A stretch of 63,974 nt of DNA, the filler included, from Dirinaria sp. TL-2023a (taxonomy: Eukaryota), in NCBI GenBank assembly GCA_051941275.1. It is 3 parts of 3 records of this genome, joined end to end, with 100 filler letters (N's around TTAATTAATTAA, not from the genome) between each part and the next. Parts side by side here need not be neighbours in the genome. Positions count along the whole stretch, not along the records: positions 43,288 to 63,974 come from JAVEBF010000277.1; 2 more parts are not named here. One strand, written 5' to 3'. Position numbers and translations under genes: made by a program. Position 1 is the first letter of the stretch. Every line of letters starts with the position of its first letter. Below the pieces are notes generated by a model. The model saw nothing but the letters and a program-made list of their open reading frames with translations. It was not told the origin of the DNA and searched no databases. Below are positions 55,801-63,974 of this stretch, piece after piece.

Positions 55801-57272
55801 TACGTGCGCCAATGTCTTTCTATGACACTACTCCCCTGGGGAGAATTACGAACAGATTTGCGAAAGACGTCGACACTATGGACAACAACTTGACCGACGC
55901 CATGCGGATGTACTTTTTCACACTGGCAATGATTACTTCAGTCTTTATCCTCATCATCGTCTATTTCCACTACTTCGCAATCGCTCTCGGACCATTGTTC
56001 CTCATGTTCCTCTTCTCGTCCAGCTATTATCGTACCTCGGCTCGAGAGATGAAGCGTCATGAGGCTGTACTTCGCTCAGGGGTTTTTGCTCGGTTCGGCG
56101 AGGGTGTATCTGGCCTTGCCAGTATCAGAGCCTATGGCCTGCAAAACCAGTTCACGGCAGTACTTCGGGCGGCTGTAGATGAGATGAACTCTGCTTACTA
56201 TCTTACCTTCTCCAATCAACGGTGGCTGAGCGTGCGACTTGACGCTATTGGTAATCTCTTGGTCTTCACCACCGGCATCTTGGTGGTTACTTCACGCTTC
56301 AATGTTTCTCCGAGCATCGCCGGGCTTGTTTTGTCTTACATCTTATCAATTGTTCAGATGATCCAATTCACTGTGCGCCAGCTTGCTGAAGTCGAGAATG
56401 CGATGAACGCTACCGAGCGCATCCATTACTATGGGACCCAACTCGAAGAGGAGCCACCGCTCCACTTGACCGAGGTGCCCAGCAGCTGGCCGGACAAGGG
56501 TGAGATAGTATTCAACGAAGTCGAGATGAGGTACCGTGAAGGTCTTCCACTAGTCTTGCAGGGCCTAAACATGAGAGTTGAAGGCGGCGAGAGAATCGGC
56601 ATTGTAGGACGCACTGGAGCTGGCAAGTCGAGTATCATGTCTACGCTGTTCCGTCTGGTTGAGCTGTCTGGAGGTTCCATCAGCATTGACGGCATCAATA
56701 TTGCCACGGTCGGCTTGAAAGATCTCAGAACCAGGCTAGCCATCATTCCTCAAGACCCGACATTGTTCCGTGGGACCATTCGTTCCAACCTTGATCCATT
56801 CAATGAACACACGGACCTCGAGCTATGGTCTGCTTTGCGGCAGTCTGATCTTGTCGATGCAGATGCTAACGTGGACGACAAAACTCACGGTCGCATTCAC
56901 CTCGACGGGGTAGTGGAAGAAGATGGGCTTAACTTCTCCCTTGGTCAGCGCCAGCTGATGGCTCTCGCTCGCGCCCTGGTTCGTGGCTCCCAGATCATTG
57001 TTTGTGACGAAGCTACATCATCGGTGGATATGGATACCGACCAAAAGATTCAAAGGACAATTGCTACAGGATTTAAAGGAAAGACACTGCTTTGCATCGC
57101 GCATCGACTGAAGACAATCATCAATTACGACCGGATCTGTGTCATGGATCAAGGACGGATTGCCGAACTGGACACCCCTCTGCGCTTGTGGGAGGACGGC
57201 GGCATTTTCCGGAGCATGTGCGATAGAAGTGGCATAAGGCGAGAAGATTTCGAGGCGATGAAACTTGAGTAA
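52899..57272 (+). CDS. YOR1: ABCC/MRP family ABC transporter (oligomycin resistance permease-like), intronless
   Basis: TMD-NBD x2; GGVGSGKS, VSGGQKQR, LMDD, GRTGAGKS, FSLGQRQL, VCDEATS. ATG at 52899. Confidence 0.92.
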   Translation: MTESGHQEKEYPSTDPVGAANGANTEEPIATEPLQQVITDSASSTNGERKQRPEANRTLTTTTTRSTLTIDDPDPNPKTPKPWFKRLNPLKPSQKPPVPKDRTVSREYGASFLSLLTFQWMAPIMRVGYQRPLELNDIWLVNPDRRAELLADRLRASFKKRTARHDRYPLLWAMHETFKREFWLGGFCNLSSSIFQVLSPFTLKYLISFATQAYYAQQAGLPPPPIGKGIGLVIGITIMQMLQSLGTNHFIYRGQIVGAQSRGVLTNLIFEKAMTISARARAGGKAVEDQTYEKEQSGNNGVRGGNLITRVIKKRTQPHTGPKVTPDQARGILGDGAGWGSGRIVNLMSTDTYRIDQASGMFHLVWTSPVAITITLVVLLINLTYSALAGFALLVIGIPALTKAIKSLFVRRRAINKITDERVSLTQEILQSVRFVKYFGWESSFLERLGSIRKREIRAIQILLAIRNAINAVSMSLPIFASMLSFITFSLSQHQLDPAPIFSSLALFNSLRMPLNLLPLVIGQVTDAWASIGRIQDFMLAEEQYDDFIWNMERKDAVSMEHADFTWERTVTQQSDKPRPPPKTFKKADKVTEKSRKSADFLEGTDSASTLTSEEPFRLHDLNLSVERKELIAVIGGVGSGKSSLLAALAGDMRKTNGSVTMGAKRAFCPQYAWIQNTTVRENILFGKDYNRKWYDEVVDACALRADLDMLPHGDQTEIGERGITVSGGQKQRLNIARAIYFDSDIVLMDDPLSAVDAHVGRHIFDNAICGLLKDKCRILATHQLHVLHRCDRIVWLHNGHVLSIDTFDNLMRDNKDFQKMMASTAQEEKVEEEADANEDEIEDEKKAAKKRKVAKRGAALMQQEERAVKSVSWSVYGAYVRASGTILNAPFVIFLLIISQGANITTSLWLSWWTSNKFGYSTGQYIGAYAALGAIQAFLMFAFSVCLTTLGTRSSRVLLQQAMTRVLRAPMSFYDTTPLGRITNRFAKDVDTMDNNLTDAMRMYFFTLAMITSVFILIIVYFHYFAIALGPLFLMFLFSSSYYRTSAREMKRHEAVLRSGVFARFGEGVSGLASIRAYGLQNQFTAVLRAAVDEMNSAYYLTFSNQRWLSVRLDAIGNLLVFTTGILVVTSRFNVSPSIAGLVLSYILSIVQMIQFTVRQLAEVENAMNATERIHYYGTQLEEEPPLHLTEVPSSWPDKGEIVFNEVEMRYREGLPLVLQGLNMRVEGGERIGIVGRTGAGKSSIMSTLFRLVELSGGSISIDGINIATVGLKDLRTRLAIIPQDPTLFRGTIRSNLDPFNEHTDLELWSALRQSDLVDADANVDDKTHGRIHLDGVVEEDGLNFSLGQRQLMALARALVRGSQIIVCDEATSSVDMDTDQKIQRTIATGFKGKTLLCIAHRLKTIINYDRICVMDQGRIAELDTPLRLWEDGGIFRSMCDRSGIRREDFEAMKLE

Positions 57273-58769
57273 GCCACCAGCATGTGCATATATATGACTA
57301 TTGTCAACCCGCATTGGAGCTGGCGTCAAAAGGCGGCATAGCAGTTCTTGAGCCTTATGTAACAGCGTACGTGAAGAGCGGTTTAAGCTACACATTTGGA
57401 ATATGGATACAGCATCATAGCATAGGGAGGCATCATGATAATGACAGGTTATGAAATCCAATCAAAAGGAGCACCAGCTCTCTACATACCTTGATCTGCA
57501 ACGTAATCCACGCATGAAACGCCGCCCGGCTCGCCCGTCTTCAAAGATCGGAGAAGAGAGGCGTCATCTGCTCCGGAATACACAGAGATGCCGATGCCGA
57601 TGCCATGTATTTATTGCTTCGATCATGATGGATTCAGTCGAAAGTGTACGTCCACCACCTGTCAGCGGCGGTCCGTAAACGGTGTGCATCCCGTAAGTGG
57701 CCAAGGCTAGCTACCCCGTTTGAGTCGCGGGATCTTGGCCTTGAAATAGGTAATAAGTTCAGTACCCGGGCTCCACTGGCTTGATATTTATAACCCGATA
57801 TCCTCCAATAGCTAAACGTTATGTCGCGGCTACCTTGTCTACTGTGCATTTGTGCATGTAATGTTTTGGCCGCTATCTGAGGCGGCATTTGCCAACTATT
57901 TTATCATAAACACGATACCTTATTTGTTGAATAGAGGCTAGGAATAAAAACGCGTCTTCTGACATGCTCAAGGCATTTTTTTTGGATTGCAACGTGTACA
58001 AGGCTGTTCTAGAATCCCCCCGGTCTCCCGGAACACTTCAGAAATGCAGGTGCGGTACTCCGTACGTGTCTGGACTGCACGGGAATCTCAGGTATCTTCA
58101 GGAACGAGGGAGCCTACATAAGGTAAAGTGTCTTAAGATTGGCTCTTGTAAAGGAAAGTACAACTATTGGATATCGGGAGCTACTGCAGCCAACCGTGTC
58201 TCTGTCTCCGCATTAGGCGAAGGCTTAATTATTATTATTGCCGGCTTGAGATGTGCTCCCTAGACTGGGGGACTGGACTGTCCAGAGTCCGGACCCCAAT
58301 TGCCCTGGAATCACTAGGTTGATGACGCTTGCCACTTCACTCACTACTACATGTACTCCACAGTCCTTTCAGACTCATGGCCATATCGGTTCGAGACCTG
58401 TTGTCTCTACTTCAGCTCACTCGCTTTCAGTCTTTTCTCCAGCACAGATAGATACTCCTGTCTATCTGCCAAGCCACGACTCAACACGACCTAATTTTCC
58501 AGTCTTTTGGTAAAGTCGTTTTAAGATTCCCACTTTGTTTCGTGATACCCGATCTTCGATCTCATCGATTGATATTGCAATTATCCTTTAATTTCCCTAA
58601 TCTTTAATCTCTCTAATCAACGTCCAAGACCTTTTTTTTTTCTTCTCGGCCGGTGCTTCTAAAGCGTCGTAGCAGCTAGAATCGCGCCTTACGGTCCTAC
58701 CTGCTTGCCGACTTACGCCTCAGACTACGTTGTATACACCAATCCAAACGAGAGTTGGTGTAAGACGGC

Positions 58770-59339
58770 ATGGCTGATCATGAGAGATGCACCGTTGGAG
58801 CCGAAACTTTAACAACGACTCATCTACCAAAGCCAAGCTATACCTTTCGCGAAAAACCTTCCATCGATAGCCTAAACAGTTCGTATATTCAGCCTGCTGC
58901 AGACCAAAGCCCAGCAGTCGAGAACGAGTACGATCCGACTTCGATGCATCCCTTTTCCCCGTTCTATTCTTACCCCACCACGCGCACGTCGTTTGAGCAG
59001 CAGAAATCCGAATCGAAGGTCAACATTGCCATATATCAGCACGATCTGGAATCGGGGTCAAGGGTCGCACAATCGGTAGATGCCCCACGGTACCCGCAAC
59101 AAAGCACGGTATGGCAGGCGAACCAATCGCAGAAGTCGCTCTGCTGCCAAAAGAACAAAGATCACAGAGTCTTTAGGGATCTGAGCAAGAAACAAAGACT
59201 TCTGGTGAAATTATTGATCGCTTTCTGTGTCATTGGGGCTGCTGTTGGCCTTGGCATCGGGATTGCGAAAGCGACTGGGACTGGGATATGGAAGAATGAG
59301 AATTCGCAGTCCGCCATTGGAGGGGATCATCCGCATTGA
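58770..59339 (+). CDS. Hypothetical fungal protein with single C-terminal transmembrane helix
   Basis: 189 aa ATG-started ORF; SPFYSYPTTRTS, HDLESG, hydrophobic LLIAFCVIGAAVGLGIGIA. Confidence 0.75.
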   Translation: MADHERCTVGAETLTTTHLPKPSYTFREKPSIDSLNSSYIQPAADQSPAVENEYDPTSMHPFSPFYSYPTTRTSFEQQKSESKVNIAIYQHDLESGSRVAQSVDAPRYPQQSTVWQANQSQKSLCCQKNKDHRVFRDLSKKQRLLVKLLIAFCVIGAAVGLGIGIAKATGTGIWKNENSQSAIGGDHPH

Positions 59340-60641
59340 TGGGAATCCGCATTGAAGGATCCGATGGTACTTGCATGCACCGAGGCCCCTTTTGGAAGAT
59401 AGTATCACAAAACAATAGCTTTCTCAAGCTCAAGCACATATCGCGCGGGTTTTTGGCGACTCACGGAAACACCATATCAGCATTGACGCAACTATCTAAT
59501 AGCCTTGGACAGGGCGGTAGCTTCTGGAGGGGCAAGGCATTGTTGGATGAACGCCGAAGCTGATAAACGGTCATATATGGCCCAACACTTGGCACATACA
59601 GTTGGATGGGAATATCGCCGGCCACGGACCGCGTATCATGCGTGTTTCTTTGCTCGGTGACCTAGAAGGCGATGCATAATTTAATGCTCAGCTTCCAGGA
59701 CCGGTTTCATTAGGTGGACGGGGGATATGGTGGATGTCGTCCGAATTCTCATGAGCAGGTGGAATACCCTAGCAACCGTTATAGAACAGCATGAATAGTA
59801 TATTCAGGCGATGATTCTCACGTGCTCCCAATGCTATTTCGCCTTATTATCGAGCAGTACTGAGATGTTACCTACCTAAGGTACTTACGTTATTATTGCT
59901 TCTGGCTGGATTCTGATCGTTTCTAGACTAGTGCCGCTACTAGCGCTCTAGCGCGGAACACTTTAAATTTCCCAACCGCAGACCACATTCCATTCTCTCC
60001 TCATCAAAAAGCCAACGGAACCAGCCACGACCATTGCTCAGCCTTTAGGGGAAGCCAGCAATGCGTTGCCATGTCTCCCTAGTCTGGGGACAGTGGTTCT
60101 GAAGATTGACATATCGACCCGGATAGGAAGTTTCCCTCCCGTTCACAATACGGGTTCTCTTTGGTGAGAGCGATGGGAGAGAAATGTCGAAGATGGGTCA
60201 CATATTATTCCAATGTTTTCCTGTGGTTCTGCCATTGTAACCACTGTTCTCAAAGCATCTCGTATGACCGGAATTGAACTATGTCTATTTTCATCCATTC
60301 CCCGCTGCAATTTCCTGGCTCCCATTTCTATTGGTTTTCGCGCGTGTTTGTTGTGATCGCTTGCGGCCTTGATTTTGATTCTCACATTCCTCACGTTGTC
60401 CGATGGCACGCAGAGCATGACACGCTAGCCAGCCCTCCATTATAAGTCCTTAATCTTCTGAAATTCCCTATCCACCAGCTTTGCTGTCTTACGCTCTTTA
60501 CCCGTGATTATCGAGTCCCCGTTTGTTGTTGTTGTTGTTGTCTTCCCTTGTTCGTCTTTGGACATCCCGACATCTCGATAAATATACAGTAATACCCAAC
60601 AACGTTTCCCGCCCCTCTCTAACACCCCACCGCTCAAGGCT

Positions 60642-61682
60642 ATGAGGGCGGCAAACGTCATCGCCGTGGCAGGCGCTGCTATCGGTGCCTCTGCACAAAG
60701 CTTAGCTTCTATCACCGCGGCCCCGTCGACATCATACGTCTACGAATACTATGATGGTTGTACTACCGCTCCACTCGGCGGACCAGGAAGTGGCCCAGGA
60801 AGCGGACCAGGAAGTGGGCCAGGCAGTGGGCCAGGAAGCGGATCTGGTAGCGAATCTGGCAGCGGACCTGGCAGTGGACCTGGCAGTGGACCAGGTAGTG
60901 GACCCGGAAGCGCATCAGGAAGCGGACCAGGCAATGGTGGATCTGAAAGTGGCAATGGTGGATTGATTACAACTTACACGACGGTGTTCGAGCAGACCTG
61001 CTCTACAGGCCTGGAGGAGAAGACTTACACGGTTACGGAGTCCTGCAGCAGTTCTGCATCTGGCTTACCACGCGAAGCATCTTACGTTCCGCAAGGCTTC
61101 ACCGTCACCACCGTCACCTGTGATGTCTGCGGCCCGACACCATTAGTGGCCACTGTTACCACACCGGCTCCGGCACCGGCCGCATCCGGTCCAGCAGCGT
61201 CACCCGCCAACACAGGCGCCAGCAGCCCTCCCAGTTCCGGCGGATCCGGTGCTGGTCCAGCCGCCGCTCCTGCTGGTGGTGCGGGCTCCGATGCGGGCTC
61301 CTCTCCTGCTTCATCCCCAGAATCCGGAAGCTCTCCCGCTGGCGGCGAATCGTCACCAGAATCTAGCGGCTCCTCTGCACCAGGCACTGGCGGCTCGCCT
61401 GGCGGCTCCGCTGGCGGTGCGTCCTCACCAGCTTCTGGCGGCTCCTCTCCACCAGCCTCTGGCGGCGCTTCTGGTGGCGAATCCTCGCCTGAAGCTGCTG
61501 GGTCTGCTCCAGCTGCCGGAGCTCCAAGTGCAGGGAGCAATGCAGCGCCGGCTGGCGGGAGTGGTAACAGCAGCGCGCCCATCACTCCTTTCACTGGTGC
61601 CGCGTCAAGTCTATCATTAGACGTCTCCCTCGTGGTCGGGCTCATGAGCGCATTTGGTGTTTTGACTTTCGTGCTACTGTAA
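60642..61682 (+). CDS. Secreted GPI-anchored Ser/Gly/Pro/Ala-rich cell-surface protein
   Basis: Signal peptide, GSGP repeats, Cys motifs (VPQGFTVTTVTCDVC), FTGAAS omega region and hydrophobic C-terminus. Confidence 0.88.
   Translation: MRAANVIAVAGAAIGASAQSLASITAAPSTSYVYEYYDGCTTAPLGGPGSGPGSGPGSGPGSGPGSGSGSESGSGPGSGPGSGPGSGPGSASGSGPGNGGSESGNGGLITTYTTVFEQTCSTGLEEKTYTVTESCSSSASGLPREASYVPQGFTVTTVTCDVCGPTPLVATVTTPAPAPAASGPAASPANTGASSPPSSGGSGAGPAAAPAGGAGSDAGSSPASSPESGSSPAGGESSPESSGSSAPGTGGSPGGSAGGASSPASGGSSPPASGGASGGESSPEAAGSAPAAGAPSAGSNAAPAGGSGNSSAPITPFTGAASSLSLDVSLVVGLMSAFGVLTFVLL
60778..60932 (+). repeat. Coding 12-bp minisatellite (GSGP)n
   Basis: About 12 degenerate units such as GGAAGTGGCCCA / GGCAGTGGACCT. 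Confidence 0.85.
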
Positions 61683-62147
61683 GGGGTTTCGAGAAAGACT
61701 CATTCGATGTTGTGCTTGGGTTAAGGTATGAGACACAGAACTCCAAGGATTCTCAACATTGGCTAACTTGACCACATCAGGCGTCGTCATTTCTTGCATC
61801 AGGACTTGGATTCAAGGCCTAGCCTTGTTGGCCATTCGTATACATTGGATAATACTCCCATGTCATCATAGCATTCAATAATCTGAGAGTCTTCGATCGT
61901 CAGGTGACGCAGCGCTATTGAGCCATTGCTCTTTGTTGATGCACAAAGACTCTTGGTGCTTATTGTACAATGCAACGATGAAAGTAATAATAGTTCTGGA
62001 CAATGCTCTCCTTGTTCGCGCAGCAGCGTCGCTCCTTTGTCTCCATTTTCTACTATATGATTGTGGCGTTTGTGCTCCGAGTTCTGGCAGAAAAAAGTCT
62101 CGATCAATTCATACATTTGCTTGCTTACTGCTTCTAGAGAAGACTCA

Positions 62148-63974
62148 ATGCCTCTATACGAACACGAAAAGCAACCGAGGAAGGCCAAAGGGTTCTGGGG
62201 CAAAGTATCGAACTTGTTCTCAGCCCCTTCTGCGCCTGCGAAACCTACTAATAATCACCAGAGATTCGTTGACCAACAGAGTCTTCAGGCGCTGCAGGCC
62301 AGCCAGCCTAGAAAGAACGCCGACGCCGACAGAAGAAGGCGTAGAGATCAACAACAACCAGGGGCAGTGCCCACATTATCTGGACGAAACCCGAGGAGCA
62401 ATCCAGGAGGGCCTCGTGAAGCGCCCAGCCGGCACCGAGCAGAGGCAGCAGGTAAGAGGGATAACAAGGCCGCCGCCGCTGGTCTGCGAAACCCGCAGGT
62501 CCAGCGCGAAGCAGCCGAGTTCCTTTCCGCGGGCGCCCACTACGGCGGCCCCAAGCGTACCAACTCCAAGAAGGCCGCCGCGCAAGACGAAGCCCTTCGG
62601 AAACTGACGTCCAACGCGCCTGCTCCCAGCCTCCGCCGGCAAGTCCGGGAGGACTACAGGAACGATCCCGCGCGGAACGAAGGCCCATCGCTGCAGCACG
62701 ACGTCGAACTCTATCTGCGTCAGCACGGAGGCGGGCAATACACCGCCACCGCCGCCGCCGCCAACGCAACCCCTCCTGTCCGCGAACCAGCTCCGGTGCA
62801 AAAACCCACCAAAGCTACCACCACCATCAAACAGCCGTTTTCGAGCAGCACGAAATCCATGGGAACCGTGCCGACGCACAAACCCGCCTACGTCCGGCAG
62901 GACCCCAAGAAGCACCTCTCGAAGCACATCTCGCCGGAGACGGTGCGCTCTAACTCCCGACATCATCACCCCGACGCAGCCGCCGCCTCCCATCAGTCTC
63001 GGACCACGAAGTGGGGCGATTTCTACAAGCCGCAACAGCAATCGCAGTCGGGCCCAGTCTCTCCTCTGCAACCGCCAATGCCCAACGCGGCCCGCGTGCA
63101 CAAGCACAGGGTAGAAGTAGACCGGCACCGCAACCGCACCGCCTCGGCCGTGTGCCAGCTGTGCCAAAAAGCCGCCGTGCACGACGCGCAGCTCGCGTCC
63201 CTGGGATACAGTCTCTGCCTGGCGTGCACCAGGGCCGCGTTCATCTACCCCAGTGCTGCTCCGACGGAGCCCAAGAACGAGCTGCCCCCATCGCCCGTCT
63301 CCCCGCTGACGCCGTCCCCGGGCAAAGCAGGTTTCGATTTCGACTATAACCATGCAGCGCAAGGCGGTCACTACGTGCCATACGCGAACGAGCCGCGGCG
63401 CGAGAAATCCAGCAGCAATAACAAAAAAGCGCCTACGACATCGCCCTGGATCGAAAGCATCAAGCCCACGACCGACGACCACGCGCGCCAAAACCCTCTC
63501 AACCCATCCCTGCACAGCCAAAAACCCGTCGTACAAACGTACTCCACGATCTTCGCCGCGCGGCAACAGCAGCAGCAGCAGGCTGCAATCCCGCCCGTGC
63601 CTCCCCTTCCACCCAAGTTACCACCCCGCAAGCGACCGCAGCGCAACGCGAGCCAAACCTCTGCCGCAGCAGAAGGTCGTTTCTCACTTATCGTTCCCCC
63701 CGGCACTTTACCGCCTGCTAGTATCCATTCCTCCTCTTCTTCCTCTTCGAAAATATCGACGTCTACGAAGCTGCCGGCGCCTTCGATTCCGCCTTTAGGT
63801 GCGCTGCCGCCGCTCCCTACCCAACAATCTTCGTCGAGTTCCCGGCGCGGGGACAAGAAGATGGAGGTTGAGGAGAGGTCTTTTAAGCGGAAGCCTGTTG
63901 CTGGTGCGGTGAGGGGGGGGGATGGTAATGGGGAGGAGGAGTTGGAGGAGGTGGTGAGGGATACGAGGTTTTAT
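62148..63974 (+). CDS. Hypothetical Pro/Ser/Gln-rich protein with CxxC..CxxC motif, runs off window end
   Basis: Manual translation from ATG 62148 (MPLYEHEKQPRKAKGFWGKV) stays open for 609 codons to ...VVRDTRFY. Absent from the ORF track because no stop lies in the window. Confidence 0.7.
   Translation, partial: MPLYEHEKQPRKAKGFWGKVSNLFSAPSAPAKPTNNHQRFVDQQSLQALQASQPRKNADADRRRRRDQQQPGAVPTLSGRNPRSNPGGPREAPSRHRAEAAGKRDNKAAAAGLRNPQVQREAAEFLSAGAHYGGPKRTNSKKAAAQDEALRKLTSNAPAPSLRRQVREDYRNDPARNEGPSLQHDVELYLRQHGGGQYTATAAAANATPPVREPAPVQKPTKATTTIKQPFSSSTKSMGTVPTHKPAYVRQDPKKHLSKHISPETVRSNSRHHHPDAAAASHQSRTTKWGDFYKPQQQSQSGPVSPLQPPMPNAARVHKHRVEVDRHRNRTASAVCQLCQKAAVHDAQLASLGYSLCLACTRAAFIYPSAAPTEPKNELPPSPVSPLTPSPGKAGFDFDYNHAAQGGHYVPYANEPRREKSSSNNKKAPTTSPWIESIKPTTDDHARQNPLNPSLHSQKPVVQTYSTIFAARQQQQQQAAIPPVPPLPPKLPPRKRPQRNASQTSAAAEGRFSLIVPPGTLPPASIHSSSSSSSKISTSTKLPAPSIPPLGALPPLPTQQSSSSSRRGDKKMEVEERSFKRKPVAGAVRGGDGNGEEELEEVVRDTRFY

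Noticed and set aside
60778..60932. Short regularly spaced repeats as a CRISPR-like array
   Set aside because: Contiguous codon-degenerate tandem repeats without spacers, inside a eukaryotic CDS
62376..63856. Long minus-strand ORFs (396 aa, 161 aa)
   Set aside because: Antisense shadows of the GC-rich plus-strand frame from 62148

Overview
Gene-dense window from a filamentous ascomycete (Pezizomycotina, probably Eurotiomycetes). It has short GT-AG introns with CTRAY branch sites and two artificial contig linkers (N44-TTAATTAATTAA-N44). Two conserved housekeeping blocks flank a ~20 kb accessory-looking interval. Left block: ATG26, PEP4, RPT3, SDS23, a Ras-like GTPase, TIP20, a ligase I-like DNA ligase, GPI11, a UBL-AN1 zinc finger and a PEX29-like gene. 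Right block: CAR2, GPI10, YOR1, a small TM protein, a GPI-anchored protein and a long low-complexity ORF. The accessory interval (~26.3-46 kb) holds an intronless MetE catalytic-domain-like gene, three consecutive lesioned genes (SNF2-RING helicase, NACHT-C2H2-ankyrin NLR, MFS transporter), a two-exon orphan, an SRPK-like kinase and an intact HeLo-like/tandem ubiquitin-like fusion, which is the most notable candidate system. No tRNA, rRNA, CRISPR array or intact transposon was recognised. All calls were made by eye, without database searches.
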